Part shown: positions 16,829-31,400 of the stretch, piece by piece
Position numbering within the stretch: position 1 is the stretch's first letter
How the letters are laid out: every line of letters starts with the position of its first letter
Source of the DNA: Eledone cirrhosa
Lineage: Eukaryota
DNA length: 64,000 nt
Direction of reading: 5' to 3'
Assembly: GCA_964016885.1 (NCBI GenBank)
Contig: OZ024743.1
Coordinates: 374,480,001 to 374,544,000, forward strand
Notes under the pieces: model-generated
What the model was told of the DNA's origin: nothing
The model's input: the letters and a program-made list of their open reading frames with translations, nothing else
The model's database searches: none
Translations under genes and position numbers: made by a program

Positions 16829-17584
16829 TAGCAGCAGTACCTAGCATTGCCTGGGTACGTAAAATAATATCTGCTCTGATGAAAAGGTGTTGGACTTAAC
16901 GACTGCTTCTCGATGTCTCATCTATGGCCACACACAGGTCATGCGGGGGAGGGTTAGGTTCTATCGTAGTATAAAAGTTGAACCAAATAAATTGATTTAT
17001 GTGTGAGGTGGAGCCGAAGTTTCGAATTTGAACGAAATCGGTTGAAAAATGAGGGAGCTAGAGCCGAAAAGGTGGTATTTTCGAATATTTAAGCGGCTTC
17101 CACGCCGTTCCTGACAAAATTTCCAAAATGTAAAGCCAATTTAAGACGTGAAATAATCAGATCTAGCGTAGTGTAAAATTTGAACAAAGTAGGTTGATTA
17201 ATGTGGGAGCTAGAGCGGAAAACGTGGAAAATTGAGTCTAAAAGTGGTATTTTTTAATATTTAAGCGGCTGCCACACCGTCCCTGAACAACAAATGCAAA
17301 ATATAAAGCCATTACAGAATATGCAATGATAAATTCTATTTTGCTTTAAAATTTGAACGAAATCGGTGGCAAAATGTGGGCGCTAGAGCCAAAAACCTTA
17401 TTTTTCGATACCTAAAAAAAGGTGACCCCCCCCCTATCGATTTTTATCTGCAGAATGACCCCGGAATAAAAAAACGATACACTGATATGTAAAACACACT
17501 TCCCGATGACTAATCTATGAGCCTGTAAAGTTTCATGAAAATCGGTCGTAAGATGTAGGCCCCTATAGGTAATACACAGACACA

Positions 17585-17623
<39 letters not shown>

Positions 17624-17644
17624 TTAATTTTATATATATACAGA
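16828..17644 (-). mobile_element. Non-autonomous Helitron
   Basis: Minus-strand 5' TC(tgtatatatataaaa) and 3' GC hairpin plus CTAG, inserted at A|T in (TA)n. Internal ~140-bp tandem repeats at ~16960-17410. Confidence 0.8.
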
Positions 17645-17654
17645 TATATATATA

Positions 17655-17694
<40 letters not shown>

Positions 17695-18692
17695 AGAGAT
17701 AGAGAGAGAAAAAAAGAGAGGGTGAGAGAGAGATGGGGAGAGATTTAAAAGGGTCGAAGTCAGTGCTGCAGCACATGTTCAAACTTTATTTGCATATTAC
17801 AATTGTTTAGATATCGATCATCTCATGGTACTATCAGTGTATAGGCAATCATTAGAACCGCGGATAAAATATCTTACAGCAGTCGTTCCGGTTCTCTGCA
17901 CTCTGATATCAAAATCCACCAAGGTCAGATTTGCATTTCATCATTTTAAGGTTGATAAAAAAAAGTACAGCTCCAACATTGGGGTAGATTTTTCTCTATA
18001 TTTCTTTCTCACTTCATCTCCAGCCCTCTCCGACACTCCCTTTCTCTGGATGAAATCGTGAGTGTTCAAAAGGTTCACACACACGAAACAATATATGCTC
18101 ATATAACTACGCGTTGAATTTGTGTATGTTTGTCTGGAATGGTTGTGCCTTTCTTAGTAAATACTTCAATTTAATCTAGCTTTGTAGTATTCAGTTGTCA
18201 AGCGTTAAACGTCTTTGTCACAAAGTTAGAATTACACCGTTATTAGTTTCAGAGAATGATAGGTATAATATCCATGCTTCTGAGATTGCTTCTGTCTGCC
18301 AGGCTCTATGCGATTATATAAATATATATATGAGAATCTTTGCCATTCTTATCAGAATATAACAAATATTGGAAAAATTTGTCACTGTATCGAATAATTC
18401 GTTATATGTATCTGTCTCTTAGTTTACAAAGACACACATACGCATGCATATATACGCCCTCATAGACAAACGCGCACATGTATGTCCGCATGTTCACATA
18501 CAAACACATACGAATGAACACCCACGCTCACTTGGTTCAAAAACCAAACAAGTTCCATTAAATCCCTTGTGCACTAAGTTTTATGATAGAGAAAGCAAAT
18601 CTAACTCTCTTGTTTCTGTCATATAATTAGTTATCACTTACCATTACATTTATTGCACCTTTAACATTAAAAGAATTCCGAAGCGAAATTTA

Positions 18693-18797
<105 letters not shown>

Positions 18798-21629
18798 AGG
18801 ATACAGAGAGAGAGAGAGAGAGAGAGAAGTAGATAGGCGGGTGACATATTTCCTTAAGATTTATCAGCTCATGATGGGTCCTCCGTCGGTGTTTTTGATG
18901 AGCATGTAGTAGTTCGGTCATTTGAACGTCCAATACGTGAATTAAGACGCAAATAGTTTTGTATTCCACAGACTTGTGTACTCTCAGAGAAATCTTCAGA
19001 CGAAATTAGCGTGACACAATATCTGATTAGGTTGGACCTTTGAAGTACACGTGCAATCCATATAATGGGCTTCCTAAGAGTTTTCGTTGGCCCAGTTTCA
19101 CTCATAAGACTTGGGTCGAGACGAGGCTATGGTAAAGACACTTTCTCAAGTTGTCACGCGCTGGAATTAAACCCTGATCCTCTTGATTTCGAAGCGGATA
19201 TTTTAACTACTCATTTATGATTGAATCTGATTTAACTTACAAATCTACTGATATATTGTATATTATTCATTTTGGGATTATATCTTAGAGTGTAATGTAG
19301 TTGTTTCTGTGTATACTTGGCAGGCGCCTGGCACAAACAAGGCTCGCAAATTCGTGTGTATGTATTGACCTTAGCCCTTCTCCCGTCTCGCTCACCATGT
19401 CCTCTTTATTGTCCTAAGACGACAGGGAGGCATTAATAATTGTGACTGATGTTTGGTGATTAATTTCGCTACTGTCACCGCCTCGTTTGCCCTTCTTTGA
19501 TCTTCAATACTACTACGATGACGTTATCTTTATATACCGACACGGATCATCTGCATTCTAGTTGGCGGTGAATGCCCCTCAATGTCTCTAGTTCCTGTCA
19601 AAGACAAGTGTAAAAAAATAACGTTTATCTTTCTGACGTATTTATTCGATTTCGATAGTTCTTTGGAACCACCTGATTGCACAGACGTCACTAGCAATAT
19701 CCATGATTACATTTATCTCAATACCTTTATAATTACCGGCCTATAAAGGAATCTTTATGTAATCGATCTGTAAACTTGAAATTTCAACCAAACCTCTTAA
19801 ATTACATTACAATTTTTATGTCAACATTTAAATTCTAGTACAAATCGGATTCAACCCCATTTATGCAATAACAAATTCCAATTCAAATCCAATATATAAA
19901 ATATAAGGAAGGATACTTTGAATAATATATTCCTTAGTGGAATGGACCTCCGTCGGTGTCGACTAGGAATTTTCTAGTTGTTCGATCAATGGAACAGCCT
20001 ACACGTGAAATTAACGGGAAAGCTGTTGAACGTTCTACAGACGCTTATAAGGTTAACATATTTCCCAGAGAGATTTAGAGTGAGACATTTTGAATCATAG
20101 GTAAAGTCCATTCGACAAGCTCCCAAATGGTTTTCGCCTACCCTGTGTCTGAAAATATAACTATGTGATGGCCTCAGTTGAAGCTTGACTTCGTTTCTAG
20201 TCCTACTGGATCAGAGTCGGGTTGAACAAACAATAGCAACACACTCGTCTGACATATTACGTTAATATTAGAAGCCGATATTTCTAGTTTTTACACTACA
20301 TTGCATTTTTAGCCTTGCACTGGTGTGGCTGACCTAACTGCAGGAGATAAGTCACAACTTTTCATCAAGATTTCACACATTTTAGTTATGCTTTTGTAAA
20401 TATTTTGTTTTCACTGACTGAATCTAATTAATTTACATTATGATTGAGACTTCTCAACGAGGCTGCCATTTTTATAAATATCTCAAGCGTAATATAATCT
20501 ATATGAAGGTTTTTAACAATAGGCATGCTGTTCAGTTTCTCGGTTCTACTTCACAGTTCATTGCCTGAGCTTTCCTTATATTCATATCATAGAACGACCT
20601 GTGGATCTAAGTTATATATTTCTCTCGAGAGAAAACTAGTTATATTTTGTATCAATTCTGAACCGAGTCAAGCGCACCAAGTCTTTATCTTTATTCTTTA
20701 AAAAAAATCATTGGAAAAGACATCAGATGGAAGAAATATCGAAAGAAAACGAAAAAAGACAGGAACTTGGAAACGTCTAAAGATGATAAACCGCTAATCA
20801 ATAGAAATAAATCAAAGAATATAGTGTCTGAAATAACTGATACCAGATACAATACGTGAAGTTTCTCAATATCATTAAGTATTTAAAATCCGAGATTGTG
20901 GACAGTCTAAAATGGATTACTTCCACATTAAACTATCAACAATAAAATAATAATAATGGCGACAACGATGATATTGAGCACGACGACGACGATGATGATG
21001 ATGATGATGATGATGAACACGGTAATGATAATGGCTTATAATATTGGCACAAGACCAGGAATTTCAGACGAAGTATAAAGTTAATTTAATCAACTCAGTA
21101 TTTCTTTTATCAAAATGTGAATAGTAGAAGTTAAAATTAACCGAGACGGACAACTTTTCTTCGAATCAAAATCTCCAAGGAATTTCCTTATCTTTTATCC
21201 ATTTTTATATGGCACTGAAACATCTAACCAACCAGAACTGGTCTCGAATACAAATGCATTGAAAGAAAATCAACCAACCCTTGTATATGAATGATCTTTT
21301 CGACGGGGTTTCAAATACTGATGAAATGTTATCATTCGACTGGAGACCCGGTTGAAATGTAGCAGCAAAGTAAATTCTGCTACAAACACATCAGGACGAC
21401 CATATAGTAGGGTTAAATCGAATGAAGAAAACTTGGAAAGATGCTCGGTCACATAGTCTTTCTCGAATGGAAGCCAGAGGATAGGGGACATAGGAGACGT
21501 GGCAGACCTGTTAATACCTGGTTGAGACCTGTGTAAGATGACCTGGTAGAAATGGGCCTAGCCTGAGACATGGCCGTTACCTGCGACCATACCACTATTT
21601 GGAGATCTCTTGTCAAACATTTTTCTATT

Positions 21630-21919
21630 GGGTCTAAAGTCTAAAGTCTGTCTTAAGGCAGCAGGCTCATTTGGCCGGTGCTTATCCCGGTTTCATGGCG
21701 TGAAGCGTCTGAGAGTACAAGACTCCCCTCTCTGGACAGGACGCCAGTCCATCGCAGGGTTAAACCCCCAGCTATTGCTGGTACTCATTTTCAGCTGAGT
21801 ATACTGGAGCAACGGGAAATGAAGTGTTGCTCAAGAACACAACACGCAACCCAGGAATTGAACCCATGACATTATGATCGTAAGTCCAACACCCTTACCA
21901 CTAGGCCACGTGCCCTCCA
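21630..21919 (-). mobile_element. Full-length tRNA-derived SINE of a third family
   Basis: Minus strand: A box tggcctagtgg, B box gttcaattcc, CORE-like ttgagcaa...ccagtatactcagctg, gcgatggactggcgtcctgtcca block, (gacttta)n tail. Confidence 0.85.
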
Positions 21920-22218
21920 TTGAGAGCAGGAGGAAATAACTTCTAGATTCTCTCAATACCAATGTAGTTACCATTATATCCCTGACATTATACACATCAT
22001 CGCCATTGTCATCGTCGTCGTCGTTATCATCTCTATCGTTATCACCTTCATCACCATCATCGTTGTTGTTGTCGTCGTCATCATCATCATCACCGTCACC
22101 ACCATCATCGACCTCAACATCATCATCATCAGTACCACATCGTTGCCGTCGTCGTTATAATGATGATGGTGATGATGATGATGAGCATCATCATCATCGT
22201 TATCATCACCACCATCAT

Positions 22219-22250
<32 letters not shown>

Positions 22251-22311
22251 TTATTTTCAATCAATCCATCACATGAAATACAACAGTGTGATATAATATA
22301 TATCTGTATAT

Positions 22312-22401
<90 letters not shown>

Positions 22402-22803
22402 CTCTCATCTTATTGAATCACGTTTAGTTTGTCGCCTTCCTGCGACGACAACTTCTATTTTAAAAAATATATATCTTATATAGAAAGGTCATTGTATGCT
22501 GGGCCACTCTTTTCGACTTTCCATTAACACACATTTACACACACACACACACACGCACATCATATACATGCACATACATATACATACATATACATACATA
22601 TACATACACAAACACGCACATGTATATACATACATACACACATCAATATATACACAGACACAAACATACACACATATTAATCTATTACGTGTTCCAGCTG
22701 AGAGGCTGAGGACATGCTGGGGCACCGCTATATATGTAATATAATATACATCCATACACAATTAAACACATTCATCCATTAACTCAGACACAGGCATCCA
22801 TAT

Positions 22804-22853
<50 letters not shown>

Positions 22854-22855
<2 letters not shown>

Positions 22856-22912
22856 AACCAGTGTTCTAAATAGCTTGCCAAGACTTGGCAAGCTATTTAG
22901 AACACTGGTTTA
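22854..22912. repeat. Perfect 29-bp-arm palindrome followed by a degenerate HHR core
   Basis: Arms 22854-22882 and 22884-22912 with a 1-nt spacer. CCGAAGA-a-gagat att atctc-GAAA at 22929-22953. Confidence 0.8.
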
Positions 22913-23414
22913 ACCGCTTTACTTCCCTCCGAAGAAGAGATATTATCTCGAAAATTAAGGACATTTAAATAAATTTAAGGTAAAAGACTAATTGTCAACA
23001 ATATCTTTTGCATTTGCATTTATATTCTATGTCCATACCTGCATTGTTTTGGCTTTACAAATACAAACGTCTATACCTCATTATAAAATGCTTCAAGTGA
23101 ACTATTACTTCCCCCATATGTAATTATATATATAACATACATACACACAGACCTGCACACATGCATCCATCCATTGCATACTTATATAAATACACATATG
23201 AACATATATACACACTTTATTCTAGTTGCTCTATATATTCTCGGCAATTTTTCTATAATTATATCGAGGAAGGGAGTAAAATTTTACAACTTGGAAAATA
23301 GTTTTCCAATCTGGGTAGTAATATTGATTGTATATGGTGGATTAAACCAACTAACATGTATATTCCGAGTACCCATACGGTATTTAAAACATATATCTCT
23401 CTATCTGTTTATCT

Positions 23415-23870
23415 CCGTCTGAAAGGACTGAGGTCAGGCACCTTTCTCTCTGGCCAACAACTGGTCCGTTTCTTCCGTTATCATTTCGGAAGAAGGATCA
23501 GGATGGAGAGAGAGGTGCTGCACCCCAGCCGTTTCTATGAAAGATGGGTGAAAGTGGCGAGAATGGCCCGTGTGAATGGGCCTTCACTCTACATCAGACT
23601 ATAGGTGAGGAAGATGAAAGACCAAGGGAGCACCCCTTCTCTGTGCTCCTGAGGAGAAGGGTTGCACACTTTTTTCGGGGGTGTGTGCGACCCCCCAAGG
23701 CGCCTCCTCTCTATTGAGGATTTTGTTATAAATTTTATTTTTTGTTATATCTTATTTTATTTTTATATTTTGTTATTGCCTCCTCCTTATTGAGGACGCC
23801 TTTTTGTGTAAACTCCCCCCTTTGTACTTGTCCCACTTTGATGCCCTAGTGGCAAATAAAAGAAACATAT
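23415..23870 (+). pseudogene. 3' end of an L1/Tx1-like LINE
   Basis: RLKGLRSGTFLSGQQLVRFFRYH...RMEREVL...FYERWVKVARM stop, then a 3' UTR with AATAAA before (CT)n. Confidence 0.55.
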
Positions 23871-23881
23871 CTGTTTATCTC

Positions 23882-24016
<135 letters not shown>

Positions 24017-24079
24017 CATACATACATACATACATACATACATACATACATACATACATACATACATACATACATACAT

Positions 24080-24472
24080 AGTGAAAAGGAGAATATTTAT
24101 GCAGAACTGATGAGAAATCTGCAGATACTCCACCCTGATTACACCTTCAGATTTATGCCTGTGATTATTGGTGCTCTGGGATATGTCAGTAACTGCCTCA
24201 ATACAAATCTTGAGAAGCTAGGCTTCACAGGAACAGAAAGAACACAACTAGTTAGGAAATTACAAGTACAATCCATTAATGGAACAGTAAAAATATGTAA
24301 AACATTCCAAAAATGTTGCATCTAATAACTGCATATACACATGCACACATACAACTCAAAACATACACATGCACACACACAATAACATCCATATCTACAC
24401 ATGCATACATACATATCTACCTAGTTGATGATGTGTAAATTCCAATGAGAGAGTCTTGTGTCTATGTTAGAA

Positions 24473-24480
<8 letters not shown>
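24080..24480 (+). pseudogene. 3' fragment of an R4/Dong-like (RLE) non-LTR element in microsatellite
   Basis: EKENIYAELMRNLQILHPDYTFRFMPVIIGALG resembles the C-terminus of RLE domains. Flanked by (CATA)n and (CT)n. Confidence 0.65.
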
Positions 24481-24529
<49 letters not shown>

Positions 24530-25071
24530 TGGTAAATATTTGTGAAATTATAAAACCAGAAGAACATACATGTGAGTGTGTGAGTGTGTATGTGTGAGTG
24601 TGTGTGTGGTGTATGTGTGTGGTGTGTGTGGTGTTTGTGGTGTGTATATATGTGTGTGTGTGTGTATGTGGTGTATGTGTGTGGTGTGTGTGGTGTGTGT
24701 GGTGTGTGTATGTGTGTGAGTGTGTATGCAAATGTCTGACTATAAATCTCCTTTCCTTCAAACATCTTATATTATATTGGAAACACAATTGTGTTCAAGT
24801 TGGATCTTTTTTTATATTAAGGATTTTCTACATTCCCTTATTTGTTCTTTATATTTAGTTTGGAACAATATGATTCCTGAATCCACGAACCTATTAACAT
24901 TTCCAACAATATGCCACTACTCTACCTCTTCCGATTACGGATGTGTGAAGGCGTCGAAACGTAATTTTACGGATTAACAACGCTATTGTTCCAAACATAA
25001 GGAACCAATAGGGAAAATATGAGAAATAATTTAAAAAACTGATCCAACTCGACGACAGTCATGATTACACA

Positions 25072-25133
<62 letters not shown>

Positions 25134-25158
25134 TATATATATATATATATAAATATAA

Positions 25159-25227
<69 letters not shown>

Positions 25228-25231
<4 letters not shown>

Positions 25232-25941
25232 TATGTATACGTACATATATATATGTATACAGACGTACAGTAGTATGTATATATATATACATACATGCAC
25301 ACATATATATATGTACGTATGGATTCACCGAACATTTATTATAATGTTCGGTGTGTCTGTAAACAAACATCCCGTATTAAGCCGTAGTGTCTAGCAACCA
25401 TCCTTGTTCGTTTGTTCAACACTGACAAAGGAACGCTGTACTAGTTTCAAGCTTATTAGCTATCGTCAGCAACGTATACGTTCCTGCCAGATGATTGAAC
25501 GTCTTAAAGTATATACTTACCTTATGCATATTAACGGCTGAGCAGCCTAATTTGCATATCGAGTGGGTTAATCGGCCGGGGTACCGAAAACGATAAACGG
25601 AAAAAATGAAACGAAATTTCATTTCCCACTCTTAGTACGGCTGTTACTTAAATATAAGTATGTACACGTACATACATATATGTATACAGACGTACAGTAG
25701 TATGTATATATATATACATGCACACATGCTTAATAGGGATGTTTGTTTACAGACACACCGAGCATTATAATAAATGTTCGGTGAATCCATACGTACATAT
25801 ATATATGTGTGCATGTATGTATATATATATACATACTACTGTACGTCGGTATACATATATGTATGTACGTATACATACTTATATTTAAGTAACAGCCGTA
25901 CTAAGAATGGGAAATGAAATTTCGTTTCATTTTTCCGTTTA
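25228..25941. mobile_element. Second copy of the 427-bp HHR element: permuted, greater than unit length, plus an inverted segment
   Basis: Reads through the monomer junction at 25594. Minus-strand HHR at 25433-25475. Inverted part 25730-25941 ends at the family terminus ccgttta. Confidence 0.8.
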
Positions 25942-26013
25942 TATATATATATATATATATACATATATATGTATAAATATATATATATATATATATATAA
26001 TATATATACATAC

Positions 26014-26315
26014 GTGATGGCTGCAAATTCTGTCAAGAGTATTACAATCGCTTGTCAGATTATAGAGTTTGGTGCACTTTTAGTCTACGGCCAGCCACAT
26101 GAACCTGTCTCATATCCTGAACAACCAATGCCTGTGCTTTGAATGTTTGTTAAGTGGGGAAAGGCCTTGCACTCGACCAATCCCACTCTCTGAGCATTGA
26201 AAACACTACCCAAAAATGAGAATTGGCCAACATCATCGGATGCTTTCGAAGCCGCAGATTTTCCCTACCTTAGAAAGGTTTTGTGATAACAACTGGGGGC
26301 CTTTTACTTCCAGGT
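26014..26315 (-). mobile_element. Degraded short RTE derivative (5' UTR joined to 3' end)
   Basis: caatgcctgtgc...ccaatcccactctctgagc...caacatcatcgg matches 32134-32250; gatggctgc matches the RTE 3' terminus at 28048. Confidence 0.55.
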
Positions 26316-26390
26316 GAAAAAAAAAATTACACATACACACACACACACACATATATATATGTATGTAAGCATGTATATATATGTATGTAA

Positions 26391-26429
<39 letters not shown>

Positions 26430-26456
26430 CATGTATATATATGTATGTAAGTATGT

Positions 26457-26519
<63 letters not shown>

Positions 26520-26699
26520 CAGGATATCCGTAGATAAAAGGCAAAGGAAAAAATGCTCACTCTAGTACAAGAGAATTTATTTAGTTTATATTAAAGTTCA
26601 TATACATTTAACATGTATGCGTGACTTTATAACAGGGTCCAGTTATGGCTACCACTGTATAGTGGAGTAGCAGTTCTAAAACTGCCCTCACTCGTCAGG

Positions 26700-27990
26700 T
26701 GTAAGGAGAAATTTAAAGAAAAGAAACCGTTACTCTACGATTAATGTTCATAGTTCGTAAAGAGATCCACTCAAATACAAAAGGGTATCTCCCAAAGTAA
26801 AAAATTATGATTTTACAACTATATATACAGATAGGGATTCGCGTAATTAAATTTGAGTCGATGTGTATGTATAATATGTGCGTAACTTAAACTGTAATTT
26901 TTTTTTAAGCTTAAAGGAATCCGTCACATTACGAATAAAGCGTATATCGTAAAAGGTTCGTCTTTAAAATGTCAAGAGAGATGATTCCCATTGAGAATTT
27001 TTGGAGAAAGGGACGAATATTGTTATACATATCCATATATGAAGGTCTCTGAATATATGGAGCTATTTAGCTCTAAATATTGGTAGCTATGAATTGAAAT
27101 GCATTTGTCTATTATAGGTATAGTAATAGAGGGATAAAACAGGTTATATCGAACTGGTGAGTTTAGCCCCGTTTTGGGGATATCTTTGAACCAGTATATA
27201 ACAGATGTGTTATTCCAGAGTAACAGGCTCGTGTTGTTGATGATTCGTGTATTGATATCCCTTTCAATCTTCTTACTAGCTAGGTATAATTCTGTTTTAG
27301 CTGGGGTTAAGAGCCTTTAGGTTGGCCTGTTCGTAAAATCAGGTTTGTGATCCTTCAAGGTAATAAAAACATCACCCTTAGTTAAGCATTCTAGTCTATA
27401 GTCAATCTTTAAATTTCTAGCTAGTTGCTTGGCTTTGGTAATTGAATTGTAAGTGTCATGTTTAGCCTTCTGGTATTTATTTGTTATATTGTTCAGTATA
27501 AGTTATTCATATCTATCTTTAACTCATAGATTTTTCATTTTATCAAAGAAGACAAATAAATTTAACGATCTAAATTTCATAATATCTTTTATGTTATTTT
27601 TTGGTGGGAAGGGTGTATGGTACTTATGGTAATTTAATGTTGGTAACTAAATCTAAAAGGTCGGCTTCAAAGTTAACTATATACTTACCTCAGTGTGAAT
27701 ACTTAGTTGACTTGAGTTTGAATCTTTCAGTGGTGGTTGTCGCCATATCTCCGCCAAGAAGCATAACCCTCCTCTCTCAATCTTCGTAATATATCCTCCA
27801 ATTTCCCAAGAATCGTTTTGGAATAGAAGAAAGTTGTTGGTGCTGGTATATTCTTGGTGGAATAGTTTATCTCTATTACGTTGTTGTACTGATTTCAATC
27901 CTTAAGACTGAAGAGTGCTCAACTATTCCGGATAATATATTCTAGTCTATCTTACTACCGTTCGAGAGACTTTGCTACACAAATATACAT
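26700..27990 (-). pseudogene. Degraded PLE reverse-transcriptase N-terminal region
   Basis: Minus-strand translation ...AKQLARNLKIDYRLECLTKGDVFITLKDHKPDFTNRPTKRLLTPAKTEL...WNNTSVIYWFKDI...FYPSIT. Confidence 0.7.
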
Positions 27991-28045
27991 TAGGAGCAAT
28001 ATGCGTATGCAGGATACATGCATACATACATACATACATACATAC

Positions 28046-28182
28046 ATGATGGCTGCCCCCTCGTTATCGAGTATGGCCATTGCACAAGAAAAAAAAAAAA
28101 ATAATAATAATAATAATAAAAAGAAAAATAATAAAAAAAAAATAATAATAAATAAATAAAAAAAAAGAAAAAAAAAGAAAAG

Positions 28183-28227
<45 letters not shown>

Positions 28228-28405
28228 TACATACATATATACATACACACATACATACACATACACTCACACATATACACACACATACATTAATAACAAT
28301 AATAATAATAATAATAATAGCAATAATAATAATAACGACAACAACAATGATAATATACATATTCATATATATATACACACACGCGCACGCACATAAGCAT
28401 ATCTA

Positions 28406-28480
<75 letters not shown>

Positions 28481-31400
28481 TAGCAACTAACAGTGCTGCG
28501 ATCGAATGTGGCTTTTTAGCCCAGCCAATGATCTAAAATGTCTTGCACAGAGTCGGCAACCAAAATTATAATGGGAATAGTCGGCTGTGGCTGGAGTTCG
28601 TGTACTTTTGCATGTCGCTTGAGCCCTCCTGCTGATTTACATTCTCTACCACATGTTTGGCAAGCATGATGAGTAGCATCTCCAACAGCAGCCTGGTAGT
28701 CAACCACTGGTCTTACTTTATGACTGCGAAGATGACTTTCGAGTCCAGCTTTGTTTAGGCAGAGTCTCGCACAGACGCTGCATGTCAGCACCATAGGAGG
28801 ACCCTCGCCGTCTGGAAGTGCAACAGCAATGCCCTTCCTCACATCCCGCTTTACTTTCTCGTGTGCGATTCGAGATGCCTCAAAGGCAACTTTTCCCTCA
28901 TATACAGTCTTTCTCCATTTATTACGATCAGCAGCAATATTTTCCCATGTATCAGCAGAGATGTTAGCGTCTTTCAGAGAAGCTTTCAAGGAATCCTTAT
29001 ACCTCTTTTTTGGTTTATGTGGCGGTCATTTTCCTTTAACCAACTCTCCATAAAAGAGTTGTTTTGGTATTCTAGAAACCTTCATCCTGGCAAGGTGACC
29101 ACTCCAACGGAGTCGTTGCTTAAGCACAAGAGCTTCTATACTGTCACACATAGAGATTTCCAAAATCTCGACATCACTGATGTGGTCCCTCCAGTGAAGG
29201 CCATGGATCCGTCTGAGACACATCTGATGGAAACGCTCCAATTGCTTAATGTGGTGTCGATATGTGACCCAGGTCTCGCAGGCATAAAGAAGACAAGAGA
29301 GCACACATGCCTTGTACACCTTTACCTTTGTCCTCCTGCATATGTCTCGCCGACCCCAGAGTCGCCTTTCTAGCTTTCCGAAAGCATCACTTGCTTTCCT
29401 AATCCTAAGTGAGATTTCACTGTCAAGGTTGCTGTATCGATTGACAGTGCTTCCCAGGTAGACAAACTGATCAACCACTCCAAGTCGTTTGCCATACACA
29501 TAGATGTTTGGTTCAGTGTACTGCTTACTAGGGGCAGGTTGGTACATGACGACGGTTTTCTTGAGACTGACAGTCAAACCCAGGGCAGTGTAAGCGTCAG
29601 AAAATGCATTCAAAATGTGCTGCATATCACTCTCTGTGTGCGCTACAAGATCGCAATCATCTGCATACAAGAGGTCTCTTATGACTGATGTAAATACTTT
29701 TGTCTTCGCAGCAAAGCGCCTGATGTTAAATATGCTGCCTGAGGTTCGATATCGGATGTAAACACCATGCTCACAATTCCTGAATGCAATACAGAAAACC
29801 ATTGCAAAGTATATGGCAAACAGGGTCGGTGCTGGAATATCCCCCTGTTTCACTCCATTTTTTACTGAGATAGGCTCCGACATGTTACCTCCGACATTAA
29901 CCCAAGCCTTCATGTCGTCATGGAAAGACCTAACTAAAGCAAGGAACTTATCAGGGCAACCAAGTTTCTGGAGAACCTTCCATAATGCATCTCTGTTGAC
30001 AGTGTCGAAAGCCTTTGTCAGATCGACAAAAACCTATACAGATCCAAGCCCTGTTCAATGCACTTCTCCTGGAGCTGTCTAGCTGAGAAGATCATATCAG
30101 TAGTGCCGCGTCCAGCACGAAAACCAGATTGACTTTCAGGAAGGACACAATCTGCAATGTGTGTCAGCAGACGGTCCAGAAGAACCCTACATAAAACTTT
30201 CCCTACGACAGAAAGCAATTATATACCTCTGTAGTTCCCACAATCATTCCTGTTACCCTTTCCCTTGTACAAGACCACCATTACTGCATCTCTCCAGTCC
30301 TCAGGCACGGATTCATTAGCCCATATCCTTCCAAACAGAGAGTGAAGATGTTGCAGGAGTCTCTCACCACCATATTGTAGGAGCTCAGCATGTATGCCAT
30401 CCATACCTGGAGATCTTCCACTGTTCAGCTTCGAAATAGCCACTGCAACCTCCACAAGCGTCGGAGGTTCTGCGAGAGCTACTTTCACAGGACTTTCCGG
30501 AATGAGATTGAGGAAATCTTCACTGACGACAGACGGCTGATTCAAAAGATCATCAAAGTGCTCTCGCCACCTTCATAGAATTCCCTGTGAGTCACGAAGA
30601 AGTTCTTTGCCATCCTTGCTGCGAATCGGTGTCACCAGAGAAGAAGACGGTCCATAAACCTCACGCAAGAGACTGTACAACAGCTTTGTGTTATTGCAAT
30701 CAGACGCAGTTTGTATCTCACCAGCCTTCTCACTCCACCACTGATCCTTCATCTGAGAAAGACTCCGCCTAACACGTGATTTTACATCCCTGAGCTCCTC
30801 ATGCAACGTATTCCTCTCCTGTGGTTTTGCCGTCAAGTAGCGTGACAGAGCACGCCTCTTATCAGCCAACAAGTCTTCTATATGTACATCATTCTCATTA
30901 AACCAGTGCTGATGTTTTCTCTGCACCAATCCCAGAACACGTCTGCCTACATCATAAACCGACTTTTTAAGGGTCGGCCAATCCTCACCAAGATCTGCAG
31001 CCTGCATCTCTTCTTCCAATGTCCTCTTCACATTTTTATCCTTAAGACGAGCAGCATTCAATCTTTTGGGCAGGGTAACACCAGGAGCCCGGATTTTACG
31101 TTTGGTGATTAGATTCACTTTTGCGCGTACCAGGCGGTGGTCCGTCCAGCACTCAGCTCCACGAAGAACACGAACACACTGCACATCCTGTCTGTCACGC
31201 ATCCTGACTAGGACGTAGTCCAAAAGATGCCATTCCTTAGATGCAGGATGCATCCATGTGGTCTTGAATTTGTTCTTTTGTTGGAACATGGTGTTGGTAA
31301 CACACAGATCCAGCTCCTCACACATCTGCAGCAAGAGCATACCATTGCTGTTACACTTTCCCACCCCATGCCTTCCGATTACATTCCATGTGTTAAAATC

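Noticed and set aside
21318-21365. CTGATGA...GAAA HHR-like match
   Set aside because: Stem I cannot form.
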